Program-made: the position numbers and the translations under genes | In this document: positions 19,658 through 29,232 of the stretch, piece after piece | How positions within the stretch are numbered: position 1 is the first letter of the stretch | How the letters are laid out: every line of letters begins with the position of its first letter | Origin: a virus | Direction: 5' to 3' (one strand) | DNA: 64,000 bases | IMG/VR virus record: IMGVR_UViG_3300027782_000079 | Span: 4,777-68,776 of that record | Notes under the pieces: generated by a model | Databases searched by the model: none | What the model was told of the DNA's origin: nothing | The model's input: only the letters and a program-made list of their open reading frames with translations

Positions 19658-22600
19658 GTGAAGCCAATTAATCCGCAACTTGGTGCCTCGACATTACGGA
19701 TCAGCAGAATTGCAGACTTGGATATTGAGTCCAAATCTTGGGATTCTGTTATTTTTCAACAAGGGAAAAGCCTTCTTGATTTTGACCTTAATGTCATGCA
19801 AAGAGTATTGCGCGAAAACGTCTCGCAAATTTCTCGCACCATCTACAGTTCGGGATTTTTAACGCAATCTTCTTGCGAAATTGTTGATCTTGCCACTGGC
19901 ACTGCCGGAACAGGAACAACAGTTCGACTATATGACTCACGAGTCAATTTCTTTGGCACCATTGCAAGAATTGCCAATCCCAACAACACAAGTGCGTCAG
20001 GCAGTTTGTACGTAGATATTCTATGCTCCGATTTAACTGGAATAGCAACCGTAAATTCCCAAGCGTTTCTTTGGATTGAATTGTGGTTTCAAGAAGTGGT
20101 TCCTGCTTCAACTTCGGAAAAAATTGATGGATCATCAACAAGCGTTGAAAACAAATCCGCTTTGGTACCCAAATACGGAGGCGAACTCAACTCTTTGATT
20201 CCCAATGAGATGTTCGATACAAACTTTGGAGCGGAGACCACAAGAAGAGTGCAAGTTCGATGGAGAATTCGTAAAACAATTGACTACACAAATTTTACTT
20301 CTTCAGCAGTAAGCAACACAAGTTCTGTTCTAAAAGGTTTTGAAACTCCAAACGGACAGGAGTCAATCCCTACTGTATATGCTCAAGGCGGTAGGCAAAC
20401 ATGTTCATTTACCGGATATATCAGTAACGGTACTTCAGGACAACCGGGTAACGTGTTGACCATTTCCGCAGTTACGTCAGGTAGCTATATTCCAGTTAAC
20501 AATATAATGACAATCACTGGAAATGGAGTTACTCCTGTAACAATTACCGCGTTGATTAGCGGAACCAGTGGAGCAGCAGGATCAACATATTCTTTAAGTG
20601 GATCATCGCAAACAGCTGGAACTTCTGCTGCACAAATTCCCATTAGCGGATGGTTTACTCCAACCAAGACATTTCGAAGAGCTGATCGTCAAATTCCATC
20701 AATTGGTCCGGATTTCTATGTTGATCGCGATACTCGTGTTTTTATTGCAGGAGACGGGACAGCAGCCGATGCGGTTGCGTTAAACACCGTTGATGGCCGT
20801 GTTTATGGAATTCCTATTGGGTTTTATTATCACAATGGAACAACCGGAGTTTTTACTAATAAACGAGATGTTATTACCACAACAAGCGGTGTCGCTATCG
20901 ACAACATTCAACCGGCAATCATTGGAGACACCAATCGCGTTTCCATTGGAGGAGCACCGGGCACAAATGCATACGTGGGTGCCGTTTCTTCAAATACAAA
21001 TGCATCTCTTGAACTTCAAGCGCAAGGCTCAGGAGATGTCATTATTGGAGTGAGTGGAAATACCGCCACACAATTGGTGTCAAATTATAGCGGAGCAATT
21101 GGAAGCCCGACATATTCTTGGGTTGGCGATTTGACAACAGGAATATATCGTTCTGGTGCCGGATTGATTGATTTTTCTTCTGCGGGCACCAAAGTTGCCG
21201 AACTTGGAACATCATTAGCTTCGTCATTGACTGTCAATACTACCTACTCGTCAGGAGGTGCTCTTTCCACCATTGCCGTAAATGCTGGAGGGTCTGGATA
21301 TGCGGTGGGAGACATAGTCACCATTGCGGGAGGCTCAACATCCGCTACTGCTATTGTCACATCTGTGAGTAGCGGAGCGGTTCAGTCTGGCGGACTGTCA
21401 ATTGTTTCGGGAGGTAGTGGGTATACGGCAAGCGGATCAGGAGCAGGCATTGCCACAAGCATTGCACAAAAGTCGCTTGACTTGATCGGATATGGAAAAT
21501 TCAGCAGCGGTCTTGGTGTCTCAGGATCACTGGCCCTTACCACGACTTCAGGAAAATTATCCCTTTCTGGTCTTGACGCATCCTCACTTGCCGCCTCTTC
21601 GTTGTCATTGACTACCACAGGAGCAATGAATTTCTCAATTGGCGCTGCCACCAAATGGACGCTTCCTTCCTCTGCAAGTGCGTTAACATTTGGAACATCT
21701 ACTAACAGTTCTTCTCAATTACTTACTCTTAATACATTAAATTCAAGAGTTTCAATTGTAACTACCGGATCTGGGGCAACGTTTACTACAGCGTCTGGTG
21801 TCAGCACAATCACCTCAGGAGGATCGATTACAGCCGCGGGAACAGGATACGCTGTTGGAGATATTCTCACTGTAGAATCAGGTGCAGGAGGACGCATTTC
21901 GGTTACAGCCATCAATACTGCATCAGGTGCCATCACCGGATTTGCCGTAAACAATGCTGGATCGTCATATTCTCCCAGCACTCTTTACTCTACATCATAT
22001 TATGTTTCTGTTTCGGCAAACACTTTGGCCCTTGATGCATCAGGAATCATTAAAGGATCGATATTCTCCGCAACGGGTGATCCTGCAGGAGCGGGAGCAA
22101 CATTCACTACAGCATCAGGCGCAGGCGTAAGCACTATCGCTGGTTGTGCCATTGCAAATGCAGGAGCGGGATACAGCGTAGGAGACGTTCTGACTGTTGT
22201 CGGTGGTACTACTTCGGGAAAAATTGCTGTCTCTACCATTAGTGCATCTGGAGGCATCACCGGATTTACCGTGAATACTGCTGGAGCTGGATATACTCAA
22301 TCTACTACATGTACAACAACCGCTGTTGGCACAACAGCGGGAAGATATCTTGGCACAACTTCTACTGCTGGGGCTGTTCCCACTTCGGGATCATTTGTAG
22401 CTGGAGACTTTGTTCTAGACACTACCGGATTTGTGTATGTCTACACAGGAACTGCATGGAGTTTGGCGGGAACCAATACGGGATTAACCAATTCATGGAC
22501 AGCTTTGCAAACATTTTCATCTGGCGTAGATATTACCGGTGGATATGGATTGACGCTCACTGACGGAATAACTGGCTCGACCAAATTATTCGGATCAAAT

Positions 22601-24874
22601 GGAAATCCATTTGCTGGAATGTCCGGAGGATTTTCCCCCGGAACATGGAAAAGCATTGCAACTGGAACGTCCGGATCAAATGCCATCGGATTAGCAGTCG
22701 ACAGCTCAACAAATTACGGAATTTTGTATGCAAATCTTAACGGCAATAGAAGAGATATCGTTATTGCCCCTACCGGAATGGTGTATCTTGCTGGTGTTGC
22801 AGGAAGTTACGGATTAACCGTTGCTGATGGAACCGGCTATACATCCACTCCACTCACCAAAATTTCTATTTCTGGTAGCGCCATTGCAGCAATCAGAGCA
22901 AATGCAGATAGTGGCGGAACATTTGCTATCACCTCATCATCAACCGGAGGTGCTTCTTCAAAAATTGATTTTTCCGTCGCTGCTGCAGGATCACCCGGAA
23001 GCTCATCAGTGAATACAACGACAACAATCTTGTCTCTTGATGGCGCAACCAACATTTCCTCATTTGGAGGAAGCATTGTTTTTTCTGGCACATCAAATAT
23101 ATCAACAAACCGAAGCATATCTTCTGTCAATGCTGGGACAGATGTTGGAAGCACATTTACAATTTCTGCAGGAAATTCAACAGGAAACAAAACAACATCG
23201 TTAATATTTCAAACTGCACCAGCTACAGCAAGTGGAACCGCTGTTTCTGCCGCAGTAACCGCGTTGACCATTGCAGGTACCGGAGCGGCAACATTTGCTT
23301 CCACAATATCTGCCACATCGGCTGTTTTCAACACTACGGGATCTGAATCGCTATTGGTGGCATCGCTATCTTCTGCAGAAAAATTCCGTATTACCAATGC
23401 GGGATATGTTGGAATACTTACTTCTTCCCCGATTTTGCCTCTGGATGTTGCAGGAGGCATACGAAACGTTGGACCAACGTATCACGTACAATTAACAGCG
23501 CCTACGCCCACGGCATCGGCAGTTAGCACTGCCGGAACAGGAACAACATATTACTACAAAGTTACTGCGCATGATGCTGACGCGAATGAAACTAGTGGAT
23601 CACCAGTTGCGTCAATAGCAAACGGATCTCTAGGTGGAACATACAAAAATTCCATTTATTGGTTCGCAGTTCCCGGTGCTCTAACATACAGCTTGTATCG
23701 ATCAACCGATAATTTTGCCGTTGCAGCAAACTCTGTTCGCGTATTGCAAAGAACAACTTTGTATACTTCGTCAAGTCCATATACAGATGCAGGCACAGTT
23801 CAATTATCAAGCACATTGCCTCCATCTATCAACTCCACAAGCATTGTTGGAATTGACGGAAAACTTGGAATTGGGACTGCGAGTCCGTCTTCAAAACTTG
23901 ATATTGTTGCTCAAGATGCATTGCAAATTACGGGATATCAGCCATATCTTACTCTTCGAGACAATAATAACTCAAACAAGGGGTTAAGAATTCAAACTGC
24001 TTCATCTGAAGCTCTGTTTGCATTAGACAACGCTACTGCAGGAACATACGTAACTATTGGAAAACTTACATCTACTGGTCTGGATATTTTACAAAATATT
24101 TTTGCTGGAGTTGCATCACAAGAGAAAACAAGCCACAACGGCACATCGTTTGGATTTAATAAATATGTTCATACGACAGGCAACAGTGTTAACACTGCAC
24201 ATGGATACATGATCACTCATGCAGCAAGAGACACTACTCCGGGAAGTGATTATTTGCAGTTTGGATCATACGGAACGGACGGAGTGGCAACCAAAGCAAA
24301 TGCACTGGTTATTAATGGATCAGGACAAATTGGCATCAGAACTGTTCCTGCAGCAGATTTTCATGTGACCGGAACGGTTGCCGGATCAGTTGCTCCAAAA
24401 ATCTTTCTTCCCGCTCAAGCGTTTAATTTACCATTGAGTGCGTTTCCCACTTTTTTTCAACGAGACACTAACACCACAAAATATGAATTGCAATATTCTG
24501 GCACTGCCGATCAAGTCGCACACACGACTATTGTTGTTCCGTCAAGTTATTCTGGAGGAAATATTACAATAAAATGGTATTGGTATACGGCAACAGCAAA
24601 CCAAGCTATTGTATGGCAAATCTTAGCGGCATCAGTAGGCAATGGAGGAAATCCAAATCCCTCCACAACTGCTTTAGGAACTATTGCTTCTACCACAAAC
24701 ACCGCAGGAATGTTGAAGCTTGAAACGTATTCATGGACCAGCTCAAGTGGACTCAATATAAACACGGTGTCTGCTGGACAAATTCTCTATTTATCATTGA
24801 AAAGATTTTCAACTGATAGTGCTGACACTTCTGCAGAAACAATTAATTTTCATTCAATGATTATTGAGTTTTAG
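19658..24874 (+). CDS. long tail fibre protein
   Basis: N-terminal baseplate anchor VIFQQGKSLLDFDLNVMQ and ETTRRVQVRWRIR; GIGT fibre repeats; FN3-like and GSGY modules. Confidence 0.85.
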   Translation: MKPINPQLGASTLRISRIADLDIESKSWDSVIFQQGKSLLDFDLNVMQRVLRENVSQISRTIYSSGFLTQSSCEIVDLATGTAGTGTTVRLYDSRVNFFGTIARIANPNNTSASGSLYVDILCSDLTGIATVNSQAFLWIELWFQEVVPASTSEKIDGSSTSVENKSALVPKYGGELNSLIPNEMFDTNFGAETTRRVQVRWRIRKTIDYTNFTSSAVSNTSSVLKGFETPNGQESIPTVYAQGGRQTCSFTGYISNGTSGQPGNVLTISAVTSGSYIPVNNIMTITGNGVTPVTITALISGTSGAAGSTYSLSGSSQTAGTSAAQIPISGWFTPTKTFRRADRQIPSIGPDFYVDRDTRVFIAGDGTAADAVALNTVDGRVYGIPIGFYYHNGTTGVFTNKRDVITTTSGVAIDNIQPAIIGDTNRVSIGGAPGTNAYVGAVSSNTNASLELQAQGSGDVIIGVSGNTATQLVSNYSGAIGSPTYSWVGDLTTGIYRSGAGLIDFSSAGTKVAELGTSLASSLTVNTTYSSGGALSTIAVNAGGSGYAVGDIVTIAGGSTSATAIVTSVSSGAVQSGGLSIVSGGSGYTASGSGAGIATSIAQKSLDLIGYGKFSSGLGVSGSLALTTTSGKLSLSGLDASSLAASSLSLTTTGAMNFSIGAATKWTLPSSASALTFGTSTNSSSQLLTLNTLNSRVSIVTTGSGATFTTASGVSTITSGGSITAAGTGYAVGDILTVESGAGGRISVTAINTASGAITGFAVNNAGSSYSPSTLYSTSYYVSVSANTLALDASGIIKGSIFSATGDPAGAGATFTTASGAGVSTIAGCAIANAGAGYSVGDVLTVVGGTTSGKIAVSTISASGGITGFTVNTAGAGYTQSTTCTTTAVGTTAGRYLGTTSTAGAVPTSGSFVAGDFVLDTTGFVYVYTGTAWSLAGTNTGLTNSWTALQTFSSGVDITGGYGLTLTDGITGSTKLFGSNGNPFAGMSGGFSPGTWKSIATGTSGSNAIGLAVDSSTNYGILYANLNGNRRDIVIAPTGMVYLAGVAGSYGLTVADGTGYTSTPLTKISISGSAIAAIRANADSGGTFAITSSSTGGASSKIDFSVAAAGSPGSSSVNTTTTILSLDGATNISSFGGSIVFSGTSNISTNRSISSVNAGTDVGSTFTISAGNSTGNKTTSLIFQTAPATASGTAVSAAVTALTIAGTGAATFASTISATSAVFNTTGSESLLVASLSSAEKFRITNAGYVGILTSSPILPLDVAGGIRNVGPTYHVQLTAPTPTASAVSTAGTGTTYYYKVTAHDADANETSGSPVASIANGSLGGTYKNSIYWFAVPGALTYSLYRSTDNFAVAANSVRVLQRTTLYTSSSPYTDAGTVQLSSTLPPSINSTSIVGIDGKLGIGTASPSSKLDIVAQDALQITGYQPYLTLRDNNNSNKGLRIQTASSEALFALDNATAGTYVTIGKLTSTGLDILQNIFAGVASQEKTSHNGTSFGFNKYVHTTGNSVNTAHGYMITHAARDTTPGSDYLQFGSYGTDGVATKANALVINGSGQIGIRTVPAADFHVTGTVAGSVAPKIFLPAQAFNLPLSAFPTFFQRDTNTTKYELQYSGTADQVAHTTIVVPSSYSGGNITIKWYWYTATANQAIVWQILAASVGNGGNPNPSTTALGTIASTTNTAGMLKLETYSWTSSSGLNINTVSAGQILYLSLKRFSTDSADTSAETINFHSMIIEF

Positions 24875-24884
24875 GAGTAAAAAA

Positions 24885-27800
24885 ATGTCATCAGTAACAT
24901 TTAATGGAACAGTGGTCAGTTATGGAACATCAACAACCGATCTTGTTGTAAGTTCGGCAAACAGTCCATTTACTGTGGCATCGACAGGAACTGCGCATTA
25001 TCAAAATGTCACGGTAAATTATGGATGTATTCTTAAAATTCCTTCAACTGCTGATTTTAGAGTAAATACTAAATTAAAAAATGATGGCACAATAATATAT
25101 TCTGCCGCAGGGTCGGGAACGGCAACTGGCACAACAGGGGATTACAATGGAGGTGCTGGCGGAGGTGGCGGAGGATATTACGCAGGTAGTGACGGTTCGC
25201 GCGGAGGAGTTGGCGGAACCAGTCCACTTGAAACCTATTTAAGTGGTACCATTACTGACTATACTGCAAAAATTCCTAACGCTAGCGGAACTGGATCTTC
25301 AGGAGCAAACGGCAACGGCGGAACTGGACCTACCGGAGAAGGTCAATGCGGCGGGTCCACTGGTGGTGGCGGCGGAGGTGCGGGTGGGGGGTCAGTAAAA
25401 ATTATTGCCAAAGTTTTTGAAAACAACGGATTGGTTGACGCAAAAGGACTGAATGGAGGGAATGGAGGAAATCTTGCTTGCAATAGAGGTTCTGGTGGCG
25501 GCGGTGGCGGCGGCGGCGGCGGTGGATCAATCTGGGTTATTGGTGAGCAACTAACGGGATTTGGATCTTTTACTGCTGCTGCAGGATCAGGAGGCTGGGG
25601 AGGAAGTGTTTCTGGTGGAGCTGATGGAGTTGGTGGCGGACAGGGAGGTGCGGGCGGCAATGGATACATGCGTTTTGATATTGGAACCTACACAGCATTC
25701 AGAGGAATTTTTACTCCTTCTTCTGCTGCTTCATTGAAGATAAATCCTATTCCATATGATCCACCTCCGGCATCATCTTCTAGTGGAACACCAACGTCAG
25801 TATATACGTTTGGATCAGATGCAACAACAAGCAAAGCTATTCGCATTAATATGCTTAAATCAAATATTGACATAACTGTTCAACCATCTACATCAAATAT
25901 TACACTTGACACATGTTCTTTTACTGGAACAATAACCGGAACAACACTTACTATTTCTTCTGTTCCATATTTTACAGACACTTCTTTATATGGAGTCAAT
26001 AACACTTGTCTCATTCGAGGAGGAGAAACACTTTCTGGAGCAGGAGTAATTTCCGGAACATATATTACAGCAGCAATAAATGGAACAGGAACAAATGGAG
26101 CAACATATACTGTTAGCAACAATTACCTTACCTCAACAGGAGCTGTAACTATTACCGCAGGAGGTCCATATTTTTTTAAAAACATTTTGATTACACAGCC
26201 TTATAATTTAATAATAGGAAAAAATCAAATTGTATATTGCAAACTATTGCAAGTAAATTATGGAGCATTTTTAGCAAATCAAGTGACAACCGGTGGACCG
26301 GGTAACGGCGGAAATGGTGAGATCTGGAATAACAATGGCAGCAACTTTGGCGGAGGCGGAGGTGCAGGGGGATATGGACAAAACGGCGGCAACGGAGGCA
26401 ACCCTACTAACGGTAACGGCCTTGGAGGAACCGCATACAATTCTTTGGCCCTCAATCAAGCAAATATGTATCAAACTTCCTATACCGGAACAGGATACGG
26501 AGGATCCAATGGAGGGTCAGGAGGATTCGGAGAAAGACACGTCAGGGAATGGTGTCGCGACGAAAATAACAGGGAATATGCATGCCGAACTGACGAGGGA
26601 AATCCGGGCGGAGGTGGATCAGGCAGGGGATTTGTCAAGATATTTGCTTGGGAAACCATATTAAATGGAACATGGAATGCAAAAGGAAGCGATGGAGGAA
26701 ACGGATCATGGAGAGGAGGTGCGGGTGGCGGAGGAAGCGGAGGAGGCGTCATGCTCGTCACAGGAACTCTTACTGCTGATTCCACATACGGAAACATTGA
26801 TATTCGACCCGGAGCTGGAGGCTCACCGGGCGAGAGTGGGGGTCAAGCAGGTGGAACTGGCGGAGGAGGAAGAGCGTACATATTTGCAGCAACAAATAAT
26901 ATGTCTTTAGCCTCGGCTGCAAATTTTCCGGGAAGTCCTACTAATACCATGGTTTACATGGACACAAACAATCTTGTGACAAAAACAACTGACTCTTCTC
27001 CTCCGTCTGGTGCATTTTTCATTTACTCAACAAAAAAACCCGGATCCTCTACCGCTACCGTTGTCAATCAATCTACTTTTAGCAATATTCGATATGGAGA
27101 TATAGTAAATTTTAGGCATTATCTGAATGAATATCCGTATTCGTATACCGACAAACTATATATCAACGGGGTTTTACAAAATGAACCACTTATGACCTAT
27201 GTAAATAAAACGGTAACTGGCGTGTCAAATCCTTGGGCTGTTACCTGTGATCCAACTGGCCGGTTTGTGTTTGTTGCGAATTATGGGGCCTCCAATATTG
27301 TGTCCTACACAATCGATGCCAGTACCGGAGTATTGCCCTCGGTGGGCACACCAGTGGCAGCGTCAACTCCTCAGGATATTGCCTGTGATCCAACGGGGAA
27401 ATTCTTGTATGCGACAAATTATAATGCATACACTGTTCAATCTTACACAATTCATCAAACTACCGGAGCATTGACCTTGGTGGGAACAACGGCAGCGGGG
27501 CGTCAGCCTAAAAATATTGCAAGCCATCCCACGGGAAAATTTGTGTATGTATCGAATTATAGTTCAGGCAGCGTTCAGAGGTACACAGTCAATCAAAGCA
27601 CCGGAGTATTGACATCAGGAGCGGGAGCAACATTTACTATTGCATCAGGCGCAAGCACTCTCACTTCTGGGGGTACCATTACAACTGCAGGAGCCGGATA
27701 CAGCGTAGGAGACGTTTTGAAGGTTGACTTGACTGCTTACCTAGGAGGAAAAATTACTGTCGCTAGCATTAACGCATCTGGAGGCATTGTTACATTCTCC

Positions 27801-28658
27801 GTTGTGGCCGGATCTGCCGGATCTGGATATGCTGCAGGATCTACGTACGGAACCACTTCCCAAGAGTGGGCAACGCTAATACCGGTAGGGGGCGAGCCTA
27901 CTAGTATTGCCTGCGATCCCACGGGTAAATTTGCCTATGTGTGGAATAGTTCTGCAAGAACCATTCATGCGTACACAATTAATGCAATTACCGGAGTATT
28001 GACCTCGGTGGGAACACCAATAGATATTAGCGCCACATTAACGGAATACCCGTCAGTTAATGATATGGTCTGTGATCCAACGGGTAGATTTTTGTATGTG
28101 GCGGCGACATACAATGTTCTGGTCTACGCGATCAATGCAAGTACCGGCGCATTAATTTTAGTGCAAACATCGGCAGCGATAAATGCCATTGGAACCTACA
28201 CAGCATTAAAGAGTATTGCCTGTGATCCAACGGGGAAGTTCGTATATGCGACGACTATTGGTCCAAGCACCGTTATGTCCTTCGCAATCAATTCTTACAC
28301 CGGAGAATTGACTTCTTTGGTGCAAACAGTGACAACTCAATCGCCAAATAATAGTGATATGGCCTGTGATCCAACGGGGAAATTTGTGTATGTGATCGGT
28401 AGTGGCACTCCACAATCCGTAGAAACTTATAGTCTTAATAATAAGAATTTTACAATTGGAGAGTATTTTGTTACTAATCCTGCTACTGAATGGGAAACAG
28501 CAGGCATGGTAATGAATTGGGGAGAAATTACCATTAATAAATTTGGACGATATTCTCTTACATTTAACGCAACCGATTATTGGGGCATCGGTGGAGATAA
28601 TCCTGAGGGTCCATTTGAAGGATCGGTCATTCCCATAGCATTTCCAATATCGTTCTAA
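24885..28658 (+). CDS. putative receptor-binding protein: two glycine-rich domains plus a 7-bladed beta-propeller
   Basis: Start moved to ATG 24885 (AGGAG RBS); GGGGGGGxV/I polyglycine blocks; seven xxCDPTGKFxYV-type repeats (lactonase/YncE-like propeller). Confidence 0.75.
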   Translation: MSSVTFNGTVVSYGTSTTDLVVSSANSPFTVASTGTAHYQNVTVNYGCILKIPSTADFRVNTKLKNDGTIIYSAAGSGTATGTTGDYNGGAGGGGGGYYAGSDGSRGGVGGTSPLETYLSGTITDYTAKIPNASGTGSSGANGNGGTGPTGEGQCGGSTGGGGGGAGGGSVKIIAKVFENNGLVDAKGLNGGNGGNLACNRGSGGGGGGGGGGGSIWVIGEQLTGFGSFTAAAGSGGWGGSVSGGADGVGGGQGGAGGNGYMRFDIGTYTAFRGIFTPSSAASLKINPIPYDPPPASSSSGTPTSVYTFGSDATTSKAIRINMLKSNIDITVQPSTSNITLDTCSFTGTITGTTLTISSVPYFTDTSLYGVNNTCLIRGGETLSGAGVISGTYITAAINGTGTNGATYTVSNNYLTSTGAVTITAGGPYFFKNILITQPYNLIIGKNQIVYCKLLQVNYGAFLANQVTTGGPGNGGNGEIWNNNGSNFGGGGGAGGYGQNGGNGGNPTNGNGLGGTAYNSLALNQANMYQTSYTGTGYGGSNGGSGGFGERHVREWCRDENNREYACRTDEGNPGGGGSGRGFVKIFAWETILNGTWNAKGSDGGNGSWRGGAGGGGSGGGVMLVTGTLTADSTYGNIDIRPGAGGSPGESGGQAGGTGGGGRAYIFAATNNMSLASAANFPGSPTNTMVYMDTNNLVTKTTDSSPPSGAFFIYSTKKPGSSTATVVNQSTFSNIRYGDIVNFRHYLNEYPYSYTDKLYINGVLQNEPLMTYVNKTVTGVSNPWAVTCDPTGRFVFVANYGASNIVSYTIDASTGVLPSVGTPVAASTPQDIACDPTGKFLYATNYNAYTVQSYTIHQTTGALTLVGTTAAGRQPKNIASHPTGKFVYVSNYSSGSVQRYTVNQSTGVLTSGAGATFTIASGASTLTSGGTITTAGAGYSVGDVLKVDLTAYLGGKITVASINASGGIVTFSVVAGSAGSGYAAGSTYGTTSQEWATLIPVGGEPTSIACDPTGKFAYVWNSSARTIHAYTINAITGVLTSVGTPIDISATLTEYPSVNDMVCDPTGRFLYVAATYNVLVYAINASTGALILVQTSAAINAIGTYTALKSIACDPTGKFVYATTIGPSTVMSFAINSYTGELTSLVQTVTTQSPNNSDMACDPTGKFVYVIGSGTPQSVETYSLNNKNFTIGEYFVTNPATEWETAGMVMNWGEITINKFGRYSLTFNATDYWGIGGDNPEGPFEGSVIPIAFPISF
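27240..28400 (+). repeat. seven beta-propeller blade repeats
   Basis: Protein repeat CDPTG[KR]F (one copy SHPTGKF); DNA gcctgtgatccaacggggaa recurs near 27381, 28218 and 28362. Confidence 0.9.
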
Positions 28659-28660
28659 AT

Positions 28661-28688
28661 TTGCGCCAATCAAAAAATATGCTATACT
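28661..28688 (+). promoter_or_regulatory. sigma70-type promoter
   Basis: TTGCGC-16 nt-TATACT with extended -10 TG, upstream of an AAGGAG RBS. Confidence 0.6.
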
Positions 28689-28730
28689 GGAAAACAGACG
28701 ACAACTCGTTGTCAAAAAGGAGAAAATTTC

Positions 28731-29108
28731 GTGGCGTCAAACAACAATATTGTAGATGCGGAGTTCAGAATGGAAGAAACCGAAGTCATTGCGTCCAATC
28801 CCGATATCGAGGGTGCGGGAGATTCGATGGATTATGACCAGTTTGTTGACACGCTGGCTGACGGCAAATATGGCGGTGAGTTGTGGGCAGATGCCGAGCG
28901 AGAAAAGATCCGCGCGCAGGCAGAGGTTCGTCTTGCAAGCAAGAGAAATAACGATCAGCGATTGAGTGCGGCAACAGAACGGCTTCGCAAGGCAGTCGAT
29001 GACCAGAAGGCTATCGAGGAAGAGTTTTCTGCGTCACAGAAGTGGGGCAAGTACTACATTTCCCTTGAAGCGGTCAATGCCAAGCAAGCCGAAGCAAACA
29101 CTCCGTAA
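28731..29108 (+). CDS. hypothetical acidic/coiled-coil protein
   Basis: GTG start with AAGGAG RBS; has its own promoter and terminator. Confidence 0.7.
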   Translation: MASNNNIVDAEFRMEETEVIASNPDIEGAGDSMDYDQFVDTLADGKYGGELWADAEREKIRAQAEVRLASKRNNDQRLSAATERLRKAVDDQKAIEEEFSASQKWGKYYISLEAVNAKQAEANTP

Positions 29109-29139
29109 CTTGTAGAGTATTTGACACTCCTCTATCTTC

Positions 29140-29167
29140 AGGCGGGCTTGAAAGAGCCCGCCTTTTT
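29140..29167 (+). terminator. Rho-independent terminator
   Basis: aggcgggct-tgaaag-agcccgcct followed by a T run. Confidence 0.85.
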
Positions 29168-29232
29168 GTATTTTGTCTTCCTATTGGTTACGATTGATAG
29201 TGACAACGTTTTACGTTGCAGAAGGATCATGT

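Noticed and set aside
17263-23460. Long antisense ORFs in the tail region (e.g. 17992..18810)
   Set aside because: Shadows of Gly/Ser/Thr-biased sense genes, with no RBS or recognisable motifs.
27240-28400. Spaced 20-bp repeats as a CRISPR or ncRNA array
   Set aside because: Explained by coding beta-propeller blades (CDPTGKF).
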